From Botryllus schlosseri (taxonomy: Eukaryota): a stretch of 64,000 nt of DNA. The stretch spans positions 18,292,001 to 18,356,000 of the forward strand of contig CM119371.1 of the NCBI GenBank assembly GCA_051294905.1. The letters are read 5' to 3'. Below, piece by piece: positions 26,661 through 40,591 of this stretch. Positions within the stretch are counted from its first letter, which is position 1. Every line of letters starts with the position of its first letter. The notes below the pieces were generated by a model. The model worked only from the letters and a program-made list of their open reading frames with translations. It had not been told where the DNA came from and did not search any database. The position numbers and the translations under genes are program-made.

Positions 26661-27766
26661 TTGATGACTTAAAATTGACTCGTGAATTTTGCTCCGAGTC
26701 ACGAGTCAATCCACATTTCTGATACGCCAAGTCAAGTCAAGTCATTTTAGCAAAGTGACTCGAGTCAAGTCAAGTCATGCGAAAAAGGTGACTCGAGTCT
26801 GACTCGAGTCAAGTCATGACTCGAGTCATCCCAACACTTACTTGAGGAACACAAAAAACTACCTACACAAGCTAGTGACTCAACTCAGCACTGTTAACAA
26901 CGCTGAACAACAGTTTGAAGGGTCAGTCAGACAACAATGTAATATCGACGCCGTCACGAATACCACTATCGCACAAGACACACTACCTCAAGTCTGCAAA
27001 CATATTTCAGTTGGTTTTACATATTGTCTTCCGCCTATCTGTATAAGTTCAACTAGCAAGCTACCCCTACACTGCCACGAGCAATTGAGCAATGAGCATT
27101 CGTCGTCATTGCTAATCAGGTTTGTAGAAGGTGGAACACGACGCACGATATAGCTTTAGGGCAAACCAAACATACAACCAAGCGGTATGGCGAGATCTTC
27201 ATGTCTGCGATACAATTGTAAGCAAAAGTCAAGACATGGATATGGAGTTCTTGCCATCCACAATGCATCATGCTCTAGTCTAGAACACGCTTCGGTAATA
27301 ACATAGAGTTCTTAACTCGGAAGCAGGATATCAACGCCATTTAAAAGGATAGTTATAATATAAGAGATTTAGTATTTAGCCGAGTGCATGTTCGACTGGC
27401 CAAGCCCAATCCACTGCCCAGTTGCGCACACGGTATTATACAGTAGGCTAATTTGGTGGATTGGGAATCGGTACCAGCAACCTTCGTTGCGCAGCGTGCC
27501 AAAATTTGTCAATATCATAATATTGCCAACAGACGTGTCAAGCATTATTAGTTTTGTCATATTTAGCCTAATTAGTTATCGTTTGAAGGAAAGTTTATTT
27601 GCGATGAGATCTATCTTCTGTGGTTGCTTTTAGTCGTTTCCAACCTCAATGTTCGCGCGGTAACATAGCCGATGAGTGAATATCAGCCTGGTGTAAATGA
27701 CCATAGTAGTCGAAAACGCCGTGAATACCACAAACATACAAACTTAGGTACGAATTCTGGAGTCGA

Positions 27767-27842
27767 CCTCGGTCACGGTCGGACTCGAACCAGCCACCCA
27801 TTGGCGTTGCACCTGTGGATTATACCACTACGCTGTCTCGCC
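27767..27842 (-). mobile_element. tRNA-related SINE head / tRNA pseudogene
   Basis: Minus strand ggcgagacagcgtagtggt (A-box-like) ... ggttcgagtcc (B-box); cloverleaf stems incomplete. Confidence 0.55.
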
Positions 27843-27989
27843 ACTCATCATCGCTTGTATTGTATAGTATTGTATTGATAAGGTACGGCAGTGGTGCTTA
27901 TAGCCTTATGTGGCTTTGCGCTCCACGACAATGGCACGATCGCAATTTCAACATGACAAATGTAATTTCAACAGTTCAATTATAGCTAG

Positions 27990-28429
27990 TAGGCTTACCA
28001 TATTTTGGAAATCTAAAAAGAGGACACTTTTTCAGAAATTTGAGACTTCAAAACCGGAGAAGAATTCTCAAAAACCGGTGCATTTTTCCCACTTTGTGAT
28101 CGGTTGACTAAGAAAAAAAAGGTCATCTTTCCGCTCAGAGCTCAAAATACCGTTTTTCTCTCCACATTGATAGGCGGATGACTAAAAAAAAGGTCAATTT
28201 TTCGCTCAGAGCTCAAATCGCCGTTATTCACTCCGAAATACCCGCCGGAGCGTCACTTCTGTGCTAATCTATGGCATATCACTCGCATTTTGCTCTAAAT
28301 GTGACCTAAATTTTCAAAAAAGAGGACAAAATCTCAAAAAAGAGGACAAAAGGGCGTCCTCCGAGGACACTTTCAAAGAAGTCAAAAAAGAGGACAAATC
28401 CTCTTAAAAGAGGACGTATGGTTACCCTA
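27990..28429. mobile_element. hAT-like MITE (TAGGGTTACCATA family)
   Basis: TIR taggcttaccata / tatggttacccta; inverted near-copy of 13020-13430. Confidence 0.9.
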
Positions 28430-28432
28430 AAT

Positions 28433-29009
28433 TATAGATAACTAACCTACGGAAAGATACGCAACACCAGTCGCCACGCTTGCTTGCCCGGAGGAAATTA
28501 CTGCTCAGCAATCTGAATGCAATATAATAGCTAATCCCATAGCTGGCGACCCGCGCGCTTAAATTCAATAAAGTTGATCATATTTGAAAGCTACTGTCTC
28601 CCTGATTCCGAAAATATGCAATAAAATCCAATCAGGGCAATGGAACTCCCTTGGAATACACCTCAAAGTCTGAAAATCGGCATTGTTCTAAACAATCGCC
28701 GCGCCGCCACAGAATGACCATAACAATGACCCTTGCGTGGTTGCGATCGTTCAGAACAATGCCGATTTTCAGACTTTGATGTGTCTTTAAAGGGAGTTTC
28801 ATTGCGCTGGTTGGATTTTAATGTATATTTCCGGAATCAGTGCGACAGTAGCTTTCAAATAATATCAACTTTATTGAATTAAGGCACTCGGGTCGTCAGC
28901 TATGGGATTAGCAATTATGTTGCGTTCAGATTGCTAAGCAGTAATTTCCTCCGGGCAAGCAAGCGTGGCGACTGGTGTTGCGTATCTATCCCTAGGTTAG
29001 TTCTCTATA
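28433..29009. mobile_element. Second copy of the P/Galileo-like foldback
   Basis: Palindrome closely matching 19897-20475; partial third copy at ~35630-35908. Confidence 0.88.
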
Positions 29010-29617
29010 ATTGAACTGTTGAAATTACATTTGTCATGTTGAAATTGCGATCGTGCCATCGTGCCAATGCGTTTTTTCATGACGACTTTTCTTGCACTCT
29101 CTCTTCCACGAATCAGTCTCTCTTCCACCAGTCTCTCTTCCACTCTCTTCCATGCGTCTTCCTTCATTGGATCATTGCTGCCGACTTTCAAGCTCGGCTC
29201 ACTGTACTTTCCGGCTTTTTGAGTCACTGCAATCGCAGTGAGGTCGGCGATGAGGAGCCCAGATAAACCTCCGACACATAGAAACTAGGTAGAGCCGAGA
29301 CTCGAACCAACAAATCATATCGCTCGTGAAAGTTATCCAAATAGAGCCAAGCGCTGCTTCCCACTTGACAAAATCAAGAATATGTGTAGTTGTAGCTCAG
29401 CCGCTTGGGTCGATCAAATGTTCATGAAAGACTGTAAGCATAGTCCTAATCCATTACTATATAGCCTACATATCTGAGTATGTGTAGACATGTATGCTAT
29501 TTGCCTACTCCCTAAATTACCACCTCCTATTAGTAATGTGAGAGTGCGTGTGTGCTTGTCATCAGTATAGCGTGTATTGAGAAAATTAGTACATCTCTGT
29601 ATTAGGCCTACTTACTG

Positions 29618-30432
29618 CAGTGGTTTTAAACCTTTTTGTCTTCGCGGACACCTTTCGAACCGTCCCGGCTCCCCGCGGACCCCTCGGAATTTTATTCCAA
29701 ATTTAGCTCAAATATCATGCAATCGTCATCTTTCTTGTGCAAACGATAACTGTAGGCTTAGTGGTAAACAACACCAAAATGACTTTTCTTTAAAATAAGA
29801 TCATATACTATTCATGTATAAATTGAGTTGACTAATATCTCAAAGCGAATTCTGCAACTGCATTTCTTGAAATACGTGGTCGTGTCTTGAAAATTCGCCC
29901 CTCGTTGATATGAAGGAGTGCCGAAAATTCATTTCCGCACATTTAGTTGGAGGTAAACGTAATATTAACGCGTAACGCTTCCAACCACACATTTGGGTAT
30001 GATCGCAACAATTATGGCACCAAAATTGACGACCAAATTTCTTAAATGAACATATAACGTCAAGCCTGGTCATTCTATCTTGCAGCTTATCTCGAAGTTA
30101 ATATGGAAAAAGTGACAGTGTATCACAGGAGAAAATGGATTTTCGTAAATATTTCGAAGCAATCGTGATTTACCATCCAACTTTTTTCCACAATCCGCAA
30201 CAAAACATCTCTAAACAGCAACATGTTTGCGTCAGTAGGCTATTGGCAATTAAGCAATCAAAATGCCTTCGCACAATAACATATTTCATCTCAGATGGCC
30301 ATTCCTTGATGTGAGCTCTGGAGTTTTACTAGCAATGAAACGAAACTGCCTTGTGAATTTCCGAATTTAAAAAATACAAATTATGTTATCAACTATTTTG
30401 AGGCTTCGCGGACCCCCGGTTGAGAACCACTG
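29618..30432. mobile_element. hAT-like MITE ('ggtccgcg' family, reverse orientation)
   Basis: TIR cagtggttttaaacc / ggttgagaaccactg; TSD acttactg / acttttactg (slipped). Confidence 0.85.
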
Positions 30433-30551
30433 ACTTTTACTGACTCACACAAGAGCCAGGGATACAGAGTCGGTAAATTTTACCGCCGACTCCAAGTCCG
30501 GCTCCCGACATTTTAAATATTCTGACAACAATTCCGACTATGACTCGCGAG

Positions 30552-30986
30552 TAGGGCTGGGCACAATGATTCGAGTAGGCTACTCGTAGTTAATTTATTA
30601 ACGAGAATGATAGTTTCGATACTATTTTCCGCTGTGGAAGTCTTGGAACCTTGATTGGCCGTATCGCAGCATACGGAACATGGTATAAAGCTACGAACAT
30701 TACTAGAAATAACACATTTCCGAATTCATAACCATCCAACAGCATTATCACAAAGGCAATGAAATCGGTATGGCCGAAAAAGTGCCAAAGTATATATATA
30801 TCTTTAATATGATGGGAAATAAGCAGGCATTATATTCTTTGTTGTGGCATAAAAGGTGCATATTTGAACTTTGACATATTACAGTCTGTTATGACGTCAC
30901 AATTAGGTATACTCGAATACTCGACTCGAAGCATAATATGTGATTCAGACTAGAATCACTTAAGTATTCGATTTTGCCATGCCCTA
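30552..30986. mobile_element. hAT-like MITE (TAGGGCTGGGCA family)
   Basis: TIR tagggctgggca / tgccatgcccta; TSD ctcgcgag/cacgcgag; same family as 39232-39671. Confidence 0.85.
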
Positions 30987-31408
30987 CACGCGAGTCTTCA
31001 AGCGCATCTACTCCGACTCAGGCTTCGGCAATTTTCCTCACAGAACTCCGACTCCGACTGTAGGCCTACCACAGATTGACATCGAAAATCATATGCCGCA
31101 GTGACGGTTAAATGACTTTTGTATAACCACACATACGCAAGCATATTATTCAAGATGACATGCAAAATTGTTTCGCTCGAAATATTCACTGTGTAATAAA
31201 CATATGGAAGTATTCATTTGGAAACATACTTCCTTTTTTCATGTGTAATAAGTTTTTATAAACATAGACAAGCCACTGATTTTCTAATATGTGTAAATAA
31301 TTCACACATGTTGTATATCCCATTCTGTATAATACAAATGTGGATATATAAACAATAGCGTGAGTCAGCAACGAATACAGAGATGTACAAATGTTCTCAC
31401 TACATAGC

Positions 31409-32410
31409 TAGGGATCGTGTGAACCTCTGAAAGGTTCAGGTCCGTGTGAGCGTGAACCTTTTTGAAAGGTTCTGTGTGAACGCGAACGTGAACCTCATGA
31501 CGTCACGTGACGTCATATTGCTAATTGCGATCGCATCTTTCATCGAAGTGATAGCCTATATTAATGTGACGCAGTGTGTACGACTGTACGTACACTATAC
31601 CTAGAGACGACTTGGGCCACATAATGCCACGATGCTGAAGTACATATTGGCGTTTTAAATGTCGCTAAATGTATTATCAACCGAGGCAATCCAAGGATAT
31701 AATAATCCCATGAAATCAATATCCTCCGTCGCTTAGCCAACAATTTCGACGAGGACTTACCAAGGAATATAAGCTTAATCCTTAACGGTCTAGGCCAGAC
31801 CGGACAATGTGTCTCAGCGTCTGAGTATTGCTACATTGATATTGAGCTGAGTGTAAAACGGGTTTCTATACTTGCTGCCAATATTACCCCTTAAGTTATA
31901 CAGTAGTAGCCAACACCTCAATGGCACGGATTTTGTTAATGATACAGTAAAATATGAAGTCAAGATTGATCCCGTACGCCTGCTATACATCAGAAAACGA
32001 TACCAATATCATTGATTGGTTGAATAAGCATCATTCGCTGACTACGCATTTCGCTCGTGATGTTGTGTGATTGCGGGTCAAGCTCACAGCAGAGAGTCAC
32101 TAAATATTCACAACCGGTAAGCTGGATATTTCGAGCAAACTTTTGTAACAAAGTAAGTAAAAATTTTGAGATTGTCAAGGTGCATGCTCGTTTAGTGTTT
32201 TTTTATACTGCAAGCGCCATGCATGGAGTGGCCCGCAGTTGAAATGCAATAACTTTGAACGAAAGATGTTATCATGAAGTGAAAATTGTAATATATGAAA
32301 AAGGTTCACAGTGCAGAACCTACCAAGGTTCTGTTGTGAACGCAAACCTCTAAATTTCCGAGGTTCACACACAGAACGCGAACGTGAACCTCACGTTCAA
32401 ACCATCCCTA
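31409..32410. mobile_element. hAT deletion derivative with GTGAAC subterminal repeats
   Basis: TIR tagggat / atcccta; TSD ctacata(g)c / ctacatac; internal relic NDTNIIDWLNKHHSL..HFARDV (~31995-32065, +) resembles the start of a hAT dimerization domain. Confidence 0.75.
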
Positions 32411-32945
32411 CTACATACTATGTTACTATACTGATAAGAAGTACACACTCTCGCTACTGATGAAGATGGTTAGAAATTTAGGAAGTAGTCAAGTAGCATA
32501 TGTCTGTGACTACATGACGCACTTACTGGCCTATTACTGATTTGTTCGACTCATTCGGCTGCGTCACTTACTAGAAATATTTTTGTTTTTTTTCAAGTGG
32601 GAAGAAGCGTTTGGTTATATTTGTATCCACTTTTCCAATGATGTTGTCACTTACAAAACCAGATGATGTATTTACTCTTTCACAGTATCGTGTACAATTC
32701 TAATAATCTCTCAAATTTGTGATCGCATCAGTAATTTTGTGTTGGTCACGACTCACGAAGATACATCTTGCAACTTTTTTCCTCTATGCAACTGACTTGT
32801 AATTTGCAAATGATGTCCAATTTCATCAATATCGTAATGCAGGACCGTAACTGCCGCACCCTAAACCCCCAATTTGGGGGAAAAGGGACGAGCTCGAACG
32901 GGGCCCAAAATTATTTCGTGAATTAACATAAATCATAGCCTGTAG

Positions 32946-33863
32946 CAGGGGTCACCAACCTTTTTGTAACCGAGGGCCATTATTTGCTCCCGCCGTTTAC
33001 CCGCATCACACTCAATTTCCGCTTTGATATTCATAGCACTGGGCAGGCCTGGGCATCATGTTATCTGTTTCTATAGCAGTCAGTGGGAAGCCTGGCATTG
33101 TATGATATCAACTAGTGCGCTGCACTCTGGTATTTAACTTGACACTGCAATTCTGAGTGAGTGTTCCAGATGTGCATTAAATAAGCGTGTTTTGTGTTTG
33201 TTTTTGATGAAGTTCATGTCCGAAAAGGCTGATTCACAACGATAAGTTGAACCATAGACGCTTGCATTCTTCATAGCTGCTGCGCATACACCACTGTAGG
33301 CTACTTTTCCGTATCAACATGCACCAAACATTTGCTGCAGACTGAGATGGGGGTCATTTTGTAGTGTTACAATTTCAATCTCCAACTGTTCAGCATCCAG
33401 AAATTACAAGCTTTCATTATACCGGACAGCAGCAACGATTACAGAAAGTTAGAAACATGATATATCAAACTGCGTTGAGTGTAACAGAAACAAGCTGTGC
33501 CAAAAGATGCAATATGTAATGGGTATACAGATATCGAAAATCTGCTAGTACTTCACGGCTATCTGACTCCGAATAGTAATATTGTTTACTACTTTGGCAT
33601 TGTCCTGGTCGTCGAGCTATCGCAACGGAACCCCCTACCATTTCAAGAAGACCGTGGACGGCATTCCGTCATGTCGCCAGTGTCTTGTTTGGAACAAGAA
33701 TAGCTGAATCAATCAATCTATATATTCAAAAACTCACTGGCAATAATCTGACGAACATTGGTAAATGCTGCTATTCCAACTATTTTTAGAATGGGCTCGC
33801 GGGCTACTCATCTAGTCCCCACGGGCTACCTGGTGCCCGCGGGCACCGGGTTGGTGACCCCTG
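32946..33863. mobile_element. hAT (Charlie-like) non-autonomous element
   Basis: Perfect 15-bp TIR caggggtcaccaacc / ggttggtgacccctg; TSD gcctgtag/gcctatag. Confidence 0.9.
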
Positions 33864-34057
33864 GCCTATAGTATTTCTTCGGATATTCAAGCAACTTTTA
33901 CAATTTCGTTTTCGCGCTTTGCGCGATGTAATGTTGCCAAATATCGATCATTGGGTATCATTCCTCCAGCAAAAAATAGCAATGATTCATGGAAATGGGC
34001 ACATCGACGTCGGCCATTACCACGTCACGACGCACCGAGACATATTAAGTTATAGGC

Positions 34058-34868
34058 CAGGGGTGGGCAGACCTGCTTCATGCGCGTGCCGCACATCAAA
34101 AATCTTTGCTTTAAAAGAGTCAGAACAAAGAAAGTCAAAAATACGAATTTATTAGGTCACAATGAAAAGTAGGCTATCGAATGTATAGCTTATTATTATG
34201 TGGTGATGCCTGGGCTGTAATGTGTTTAAAATCAGGCTGATATGACGACAAAGCAGTTCCTTCAAGTGTTTGCTGATGGTAAGGTAGATTTCAACTCGGC
34301 AATCTTGTTACTCCATAAATCTGTCTTCGTCGGGCAAAGTTTTGGTGTTTGGTTTCGTAATGACGTTTCAAGTTACTGTTCTATTTTCCTGTTGATACTT
34401 CCTTTACCTGCAATTATCGCTCGAGGATATTTTCTGGGTCAAACTCTGCAGTTATTGCTAGCCTTTACAATGCAAATGGAATAGCCGTATTATTCACCAT
34501 TGCTAGCCCGGAAATCATGCATGACCTGCGCTGGCGTGCTTAATTATGTTCATTGTTGAACAAAATGATTTATCATTGATTGATGACCTGGCAGCATTGT
34601 TGCGGGTAAAACGTTTATGTGCACTCCATTCGAGAGTTCAATTGCTAAGATCTAACGTTGTAGTGCCACTACCCCTAAATTACAAGTCTTGCGTAAACCA
34701 TTAAAAAACCATATTGTTAATACGCGACAGAATGCATCAATTTTATAATCAGGTTAAACCTCTCCAGCAAACGGTGAAACGCATGTGCATTGTGTAATAA
34801 TCAAAGAGCCGTAATCAAACGCTCAAGGAGCCACATGCGGCTCGCGAGCAGCGGTGTGCCCAACCCTG
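34058..34868. mobile_element. hAT-like non-autonomous element
   Basis: TIR caggggtgggca / tgcccaaccctg; TSD ttataggc / ttatatataggc (slipped). Confidence 0.8.
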
Positions 34869-37800
34869 TTATATATAGGCCATGTAACATGCGACTCCGA
34901 AAAGTGTGCCAGAACGATCACAAGCGAGAGACCTTGGCCGAAAAGGATTGCCCTTGAGCCGACCGATAACTTACACATGCGTGTATGTTTAATTGTCCAC
35001 TGGCGCCGAAGGTTCCTGCCCTGGCGATCTGAGCCGCACAAGACAAACGCCATCCCGCAGCGAACAATAATTGTCAGTAAAGAAATACCAATTTGAAATC
35101 GTGTACGTCTTTTAGTTCAGTATGTATGGAAGATTTTAAAATCTTTTGACATAGCAGAGCTGGTTACGAAATAGCATCGTGTAACGATCTAAGTCATTCC
35201 ACCAACGGATACACCCGAATATGTTTTAATTGTTATCTAGCGGTCCTACGTACTTTTCCAACACACCTCACTCAGCTCTAACGGTTAATCTGGTTACGTG
35301 AGCAGAGAGAGGATAAGAATTGATATCAATATATATATGCAATTCCCGATTACGTTGTTGACCGATTCAATCATATATTATAGACATTTTTCGGGCATGG
35401 CGCGTTTAGGCGGCACAAGCTCGCCCGCTAAACGGACACGAAATGTAGATGATAAGTAGCGGCGAACACCCTATAGCAGTGGTTTCCAACCTTTTTCGGT
35501 GGCAGGGCCAAATTTAGAATTTCACAGTACGGTCGGGACCGCACGAATACCAGGGCAATGAAAGGAACCCAAAATAGTCACCAACATATGAAGATTCGCA
35601 TTGTTCCGATCATTCGCTTGGCGCCATTGGCCATTGTGTTGCCGTGCTCCCGTTGTTCAGAACAATCAACATTTGCTGGCTATTTCGGAGTAGTTTTATT
35701 GCCCTTGCGAGATTTCAATTCGTATTTTTGGAATCAGTGCGACACCCCCTTTCGATAAACACCGTCATATCAAATTATTCGGACGCTAGGGTCGCGAGCT
35801 ATAGGACTACCAATTATGCTGTTTTTGCCGGCTAAGCAGTATACGCATCTCGGCGTATTTTATAGTGAGTCACTTGTTGCACATCTATCCGTAAATTAGT
35901 TATCAATACCCAGGGCCGTAACAGCACTTCGTCAGCCCCCCCCCCCAAAAAAATTGCTCTTGGCCCCCTCAGGCTAGATGGCTGTTTACCGCTATTTATC
36001 ATCTAAATCGGGTGTCCGTTTTAGGCAGCATCACGCGATTAATCGCGCGAAGCGCGACAAATTTCTATAATTCATGATTGAATCGGTCAATATGATCGGG
36101 ACTTGAAAATATATTAGTATCAATTTTTATCCTCTCTCTCCTCACGTAATCAGATTGACCGGTTAAGCCGAGTGAGTTGTGTTTGAAAAGGTAGGACCAC
36201 TCAATAATAATAAACATCTTCGGGCGTATACCCGTTGGCAGGAACGAAACAGCACTTCGTCAGGCCCCTCAAAATACTTAGGTCTTGAGCTCCCATAGGG
36301 TGATAAACCGACCCCCCGTCCCGTTGTTCGCTTCTGCCACGAAATCAGGATCACCGTTTAGTGAGCCAGCGTGCAGAGCGAGAATTTTAGATAATTCAAA
36401 ATAAAATAGGTCAATCAGATCGGGAATTGCATGTATATTGCTATCAATTACTCGTCCTCTCTGCTCACGTAATTAGATTTACCGATAGAGCTGAGTGAGG
36501 TGTCTTGGAAACTGTAGGGCCCGTAAATATTAATTAAACATATTCGGACGGGCGGACCCGTTGGCACGACTTCGTTATGATGTTATTTCGTGACCTCCAG
36601 TCTGCTATATCAAAAAATATGGAATCGCCCAAACGTACTAAACCAAAAGATGCACACGATTTCAAATTGGTAGTTCTTCACTGGCATATAATTCTTCCCT
36701 GCGGGATGGTAGCCTATTTGTCTCGTGAGGTTCAGATTGCCAAGACAGGAATATTCGGCGCCAGTCATTTAGGCGCCTATGGTCAATAGGGTTGTCCAAA
36801 ATTTGGAAAATCTTAAAAAGTCTCCGTGATTGTGTCTCATTCTATAGATTATCGATGAAAAACAACAAGTAGCCTGAAAGAAGTTTACAGGAAAGCCGTT
36901 AAGATTTTGGGCAAAGCGTTTGAAAGTAGCTGCTCAAGAATGGGCGTGCCACCGACCATAGAACGGCGAGAAGACTAGTAATCAAACAACCACAGCTCTT
37001 GATTGGCTAATAGGCTATGCGTCAATGATCACGGCAGCAACAGCTTGCTGATTAGGTGCTGACTGACGAATGTAGGCCGATCGACGCGTAACGCTTCAGA
37101 CGATACCTTAGGATATGATCGCAACATATATGGCACCAAAATTGAGAAACAGAGTATTTATTGGACATATAACGTCCAGCCTAGAAATTTATATCTATTT
37201 ATCTTCGTGAAGTTATTCTGGAATAAGTTATGTATATCAGAGGAGAAATGGATTCCGTGGCGAGGTTTCAATCCCTTCATTGGGAGAAATCACGAAAAAA
37301 ACTTAGGAATTTATTCAGTATGCCATTGGCAATTAAAATGAGTTTGGACAATAGGATATTTTATATCAGACGACCATTCTAATGATGTGAGTCATGAAGT
37401 TTTATGCTTTCTCTAATTAAAAGATACAAATTAGGTTATTAATCATTTTTCACTTTTAGCGGTTTCGCTAACCCTCTAAAAATGCTTCGCGGAAGCCCGG
37501 CTGAGAACCTCTGAGAGTATATGTTATAAAAAACTTATAAGACATAAACAATGACGGATTTAGAAATGAATACTTCTATATTAATTGCATGCTGCACAGT
37601 GAATATTTCGAGTCGTGGTCCCACAATGAAACAATTTTGCATACCGTCGTTAATAATATATTTGCGTATGTTCAATGATAATATGAAATACATTTATCAG
37701 TCAGCGTCGCATATAATATTCGAAGTAAATTGGTAGTACTGTTGGAGTCGCAGGAAATATTCCTTGAATATTAAGCAATTGACTCTTGCAATCGCAACCC

Positions 37801-37879
37801 AAATTTATAGCCTTCGCGGCCCATACGTTAAGAATCGCTGGCCTGAACAATTACGTGTCATTGGCAATAGGGTATAGAG

Positions 37880-38924
37880 CAGGGGCGGGCAAAATACGAC
37901 CCGCAAGAGGATTTTGAGTGTCCAGCTGACAGTTTCAGGTCTTACATGATAATTGAGGCCCGCGGCCAAAGTCTTCCGCCACCCCTCTGCTTGCTTACTG
38001 CGTCAAATTATAGTGACTGCATGTTATTCTTTAGTTCTTTGTGTTGTTCGTTTATGCGTCACTGAATGAATTCAAGTTGCCAACCCTTGAAAGATGGCTA
38101 CGAAACTACCTGTTCTCTTCGGGTCGATATTCATTTGCGAGCGAACATTTTCGACCATGATCAATAAGACAAATCTGCGTTCCAATCTAACTGACGTTCA
38201 GTTGTAAACTTTACTAAGGGGTTCTACGTTCGACATGCAGCCAGAGATCAAAGAACTCGTCGATAACTTTGACCACAGATTTCTCAATGACTTCAACAGC
38301 TATTGAAGTTCATTACGTTAATAAATTCTTTGAATATACTGTTTTGGGGCTGTATGCTTTAAATTAATGTTAACACATAAAATACGATATATTAATCGTA
38401 TAGGTGGAAAAATTTGCGATTAATCCATCGATTCAGTAATACTGGAGCCAAGTACATGTACTTAAGCTTCCAACATGAGGTCCGCCGACTGAAGAAGTTG
38501 CTATAGACCAGGGGCGGGCAACTTCTCCAGTCGGCGGGCCGGATATGGCGAATTGAAGATTACTGAATCGATACAACGCGTATTTATCCACCTATACAAG
38601 GGTTAATTGTATTTATTGTAAATTTTACGTTTGAAGCATAATAAAAACCAAAACAGTATTCAATGAATTTATTGATGTAGGTAGCTATTGAAATCAATGA
38701 GACATCTGTGGTCGATCAAAGTTGTGAAAAGGTTCTTTGAACTCTGGCTGCATGTCGCACACAAAGAAAACAAAGAACTGCAGAATAACTAAAAATCACT
38801 ATTATTTGTGTCCGAAAAATATAATAAATAACCCACAGTCACTATATAGTTTGACGCTATAGTGAGCAAGTAGTGGAGAATCGCGGCAGACTGTGACCGC
38901 GAGGCCGTATGTTGCGCGCCCCTA
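37880..38924. mobile_element. Two inverted copies of one hAT-like MITE
   Basis: 37880-38500 and 38509-38924 are diverged reverse complements (catgcagccagag/ctctggctgcatg; tatagtgactg/cagtcactata). Confidence 0.7.
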
Positions 38925-39231
38925 GTATAATGTGTATGCGAATGAGGGGTTGGGATTTTTCCAAATTTACCATATCAACTCAGTACGGTTGAGTACATGC
39001 GTAAATGCCGGTAATAAAATCCTTTACGCGTAAGCTCCACCCGCACTCCAATCACAGATACACGCTGAAACAGTGGTTCTCAACCGGGGGTCCGCGAAGC
39101 ATTTTCCGGGGGTCCGCGAAACCGCCAAAGTTGTAAAATGATTATTAACCTAATTTGTACTTTTCAATCAGGGAAAGCATACTAGAAAGTTTCGCTTCAT
39201 AATTGCGAAAGATTTGGGACTGACTCGTATC

Positions 39232-39671
39232 TAGGGCTGGTCACAATGATTCGAGTACTCGAATCTGAATCGAGTATTAATTTTAATGGTTCGAGTCGAG
39301 TAGCAGAAGACGATTTTATCGAGTACTGAAATCATACGCAACTGAGTGTTAATTTACTAACGAGAACTATAGTTTTGATACTATTTTCCACTGAAAAAGC
39401 CTTGAAAAATAGATTGGCCGGATCGCAGCATGCGAGACATAGTAACAAAGCTACGAACGTAACTAGAAATATCACATTTCCGAAGTCATGATCATCCCAC
39501 AACATTGTCAAGAAGTGCAATGAAATCGGTACGGCCGTATCCTTAATGTGACGTAATAATAGGCATTATATTCTTTGTGGTTACATAAAAGGTACATATT
39601 TGAACTTTGAAACAGTGTATTCTGTTGTGACAGTGTTGAATCACTTAGGTATTCGATTTTGCCCAGCCCTA
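39232..39671. mobile_element. hAT-like MITE (TAGGGCTGG family) nested in a 'ggtccgcg' element starting at 39071
   Basis: TIR tagggctgg / ccagcccta; perfect TSD ctcgtatc. Confidence 0.92.
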
Positions 39672-40123
39672 CTCGTATCATTAAAATGGTCGTCTCAGAT
39701 GAAATATCCGACGGGGCAAACTGATTTTACTTGTCGAATTGCCAATTGCCTGATGACAATGCAAACATATTGCTGTTTTGTTGGATTTTGTGGAAAAATG
39801 AAATGTTGGATAGATATAGCAAGGTCAAACAGGGTGACTTCGAAATGTTTGCAAAACATTTTGGATTTGGAGTTGTCAGTCTCACCAAATTAGTAAACAC
39901 TCGTTTGAATTAGAAATTCTTGAAAAAAGAAGGAATTGAAAACTCTACGAAATCCATTTCCCCCTGAGATGCTAGATAGAAATGACTAGGCTGGAAGTGA
40001 TATGTTCACAGAGGCTGTTTACCACAAGCCTGTTGATATTTGCAAAGACAGATGGCTCACAGCACAGTGCAGAATAATTGGGCTAATGTTGAACGAAAAC
40101 TTGAGGTCCACGTGTCTATGTAG

Positions 40124-40591
40124 TAGTGCGGGGCGGATCGACAAATTCTCTGGTCCGGCTCCGATCCGGTTGTTCAATTCTCTGGTCCGGCTCCAATCCG
40201 GCTCCGGCCGTATCCGAAAAAGTACTGATCCGGCTCCAATCCGGTCCGGCCAAAACTGAAAAAGTCCGGCCAGAAATCCGGCCCTACTCGGTACGGAATT
40301 GATAAATATGCCTCCTTTATGTTCACACTGGCTTGGAGGTTACTTACGTGTGGTTGGTTGGTAGTTATATAGTTATAAAAGTTATGTTTATCCATATAAA
40401 AGTCATGCTTATCCATATAAAAGTCATGCTTATCCATAAAAATTCTGGCCGGATCAAAAAAGTAGTGATCCGGCTCCGATCCGGCTCCGGCCGTAAGAGA
40501 AAAAGTACTGATCCGGCTCCAATCCGGTCCGGCCAAAATTGTAAAAATCCGGCCGGATATCCAATCCGGCTCCGGTCCATGCTCCGCACTA
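40124..40591. mobile_element. hAT-like MITE with TCCGG subterminal repeats and a 21-bp internal tandem repeat
   Basis: TIR tagtgcgg / ccgcacta; perfect TSD ctatgtag. Confidence 0.9.

Larger units (their letters stand above)
24983..26839. mobile_element. hAT-like element with GACTCGAGTCAAGTC subterminal arrays
   Basis: TIR cagtgttgggat / atcccaacact; perfect TSD acttgagg; empty paralogous site at 3181-3210; relics at ~8420-8480, 17509, 18317 and 47350-47837. Confidence 0.92.

Noticed and set aside
27767..27842. Functional tRNA gene
   Set aside because: A and B boxes present but acceptor and anticodon stems do not pair; treated as a SINE head or pseudogene.
28997..29227. K/E/R-rich minus-strand ORF
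   Set aside because: Low-complexity (ctcttcca repeats) and runs into the foldback flank; cannot assign.
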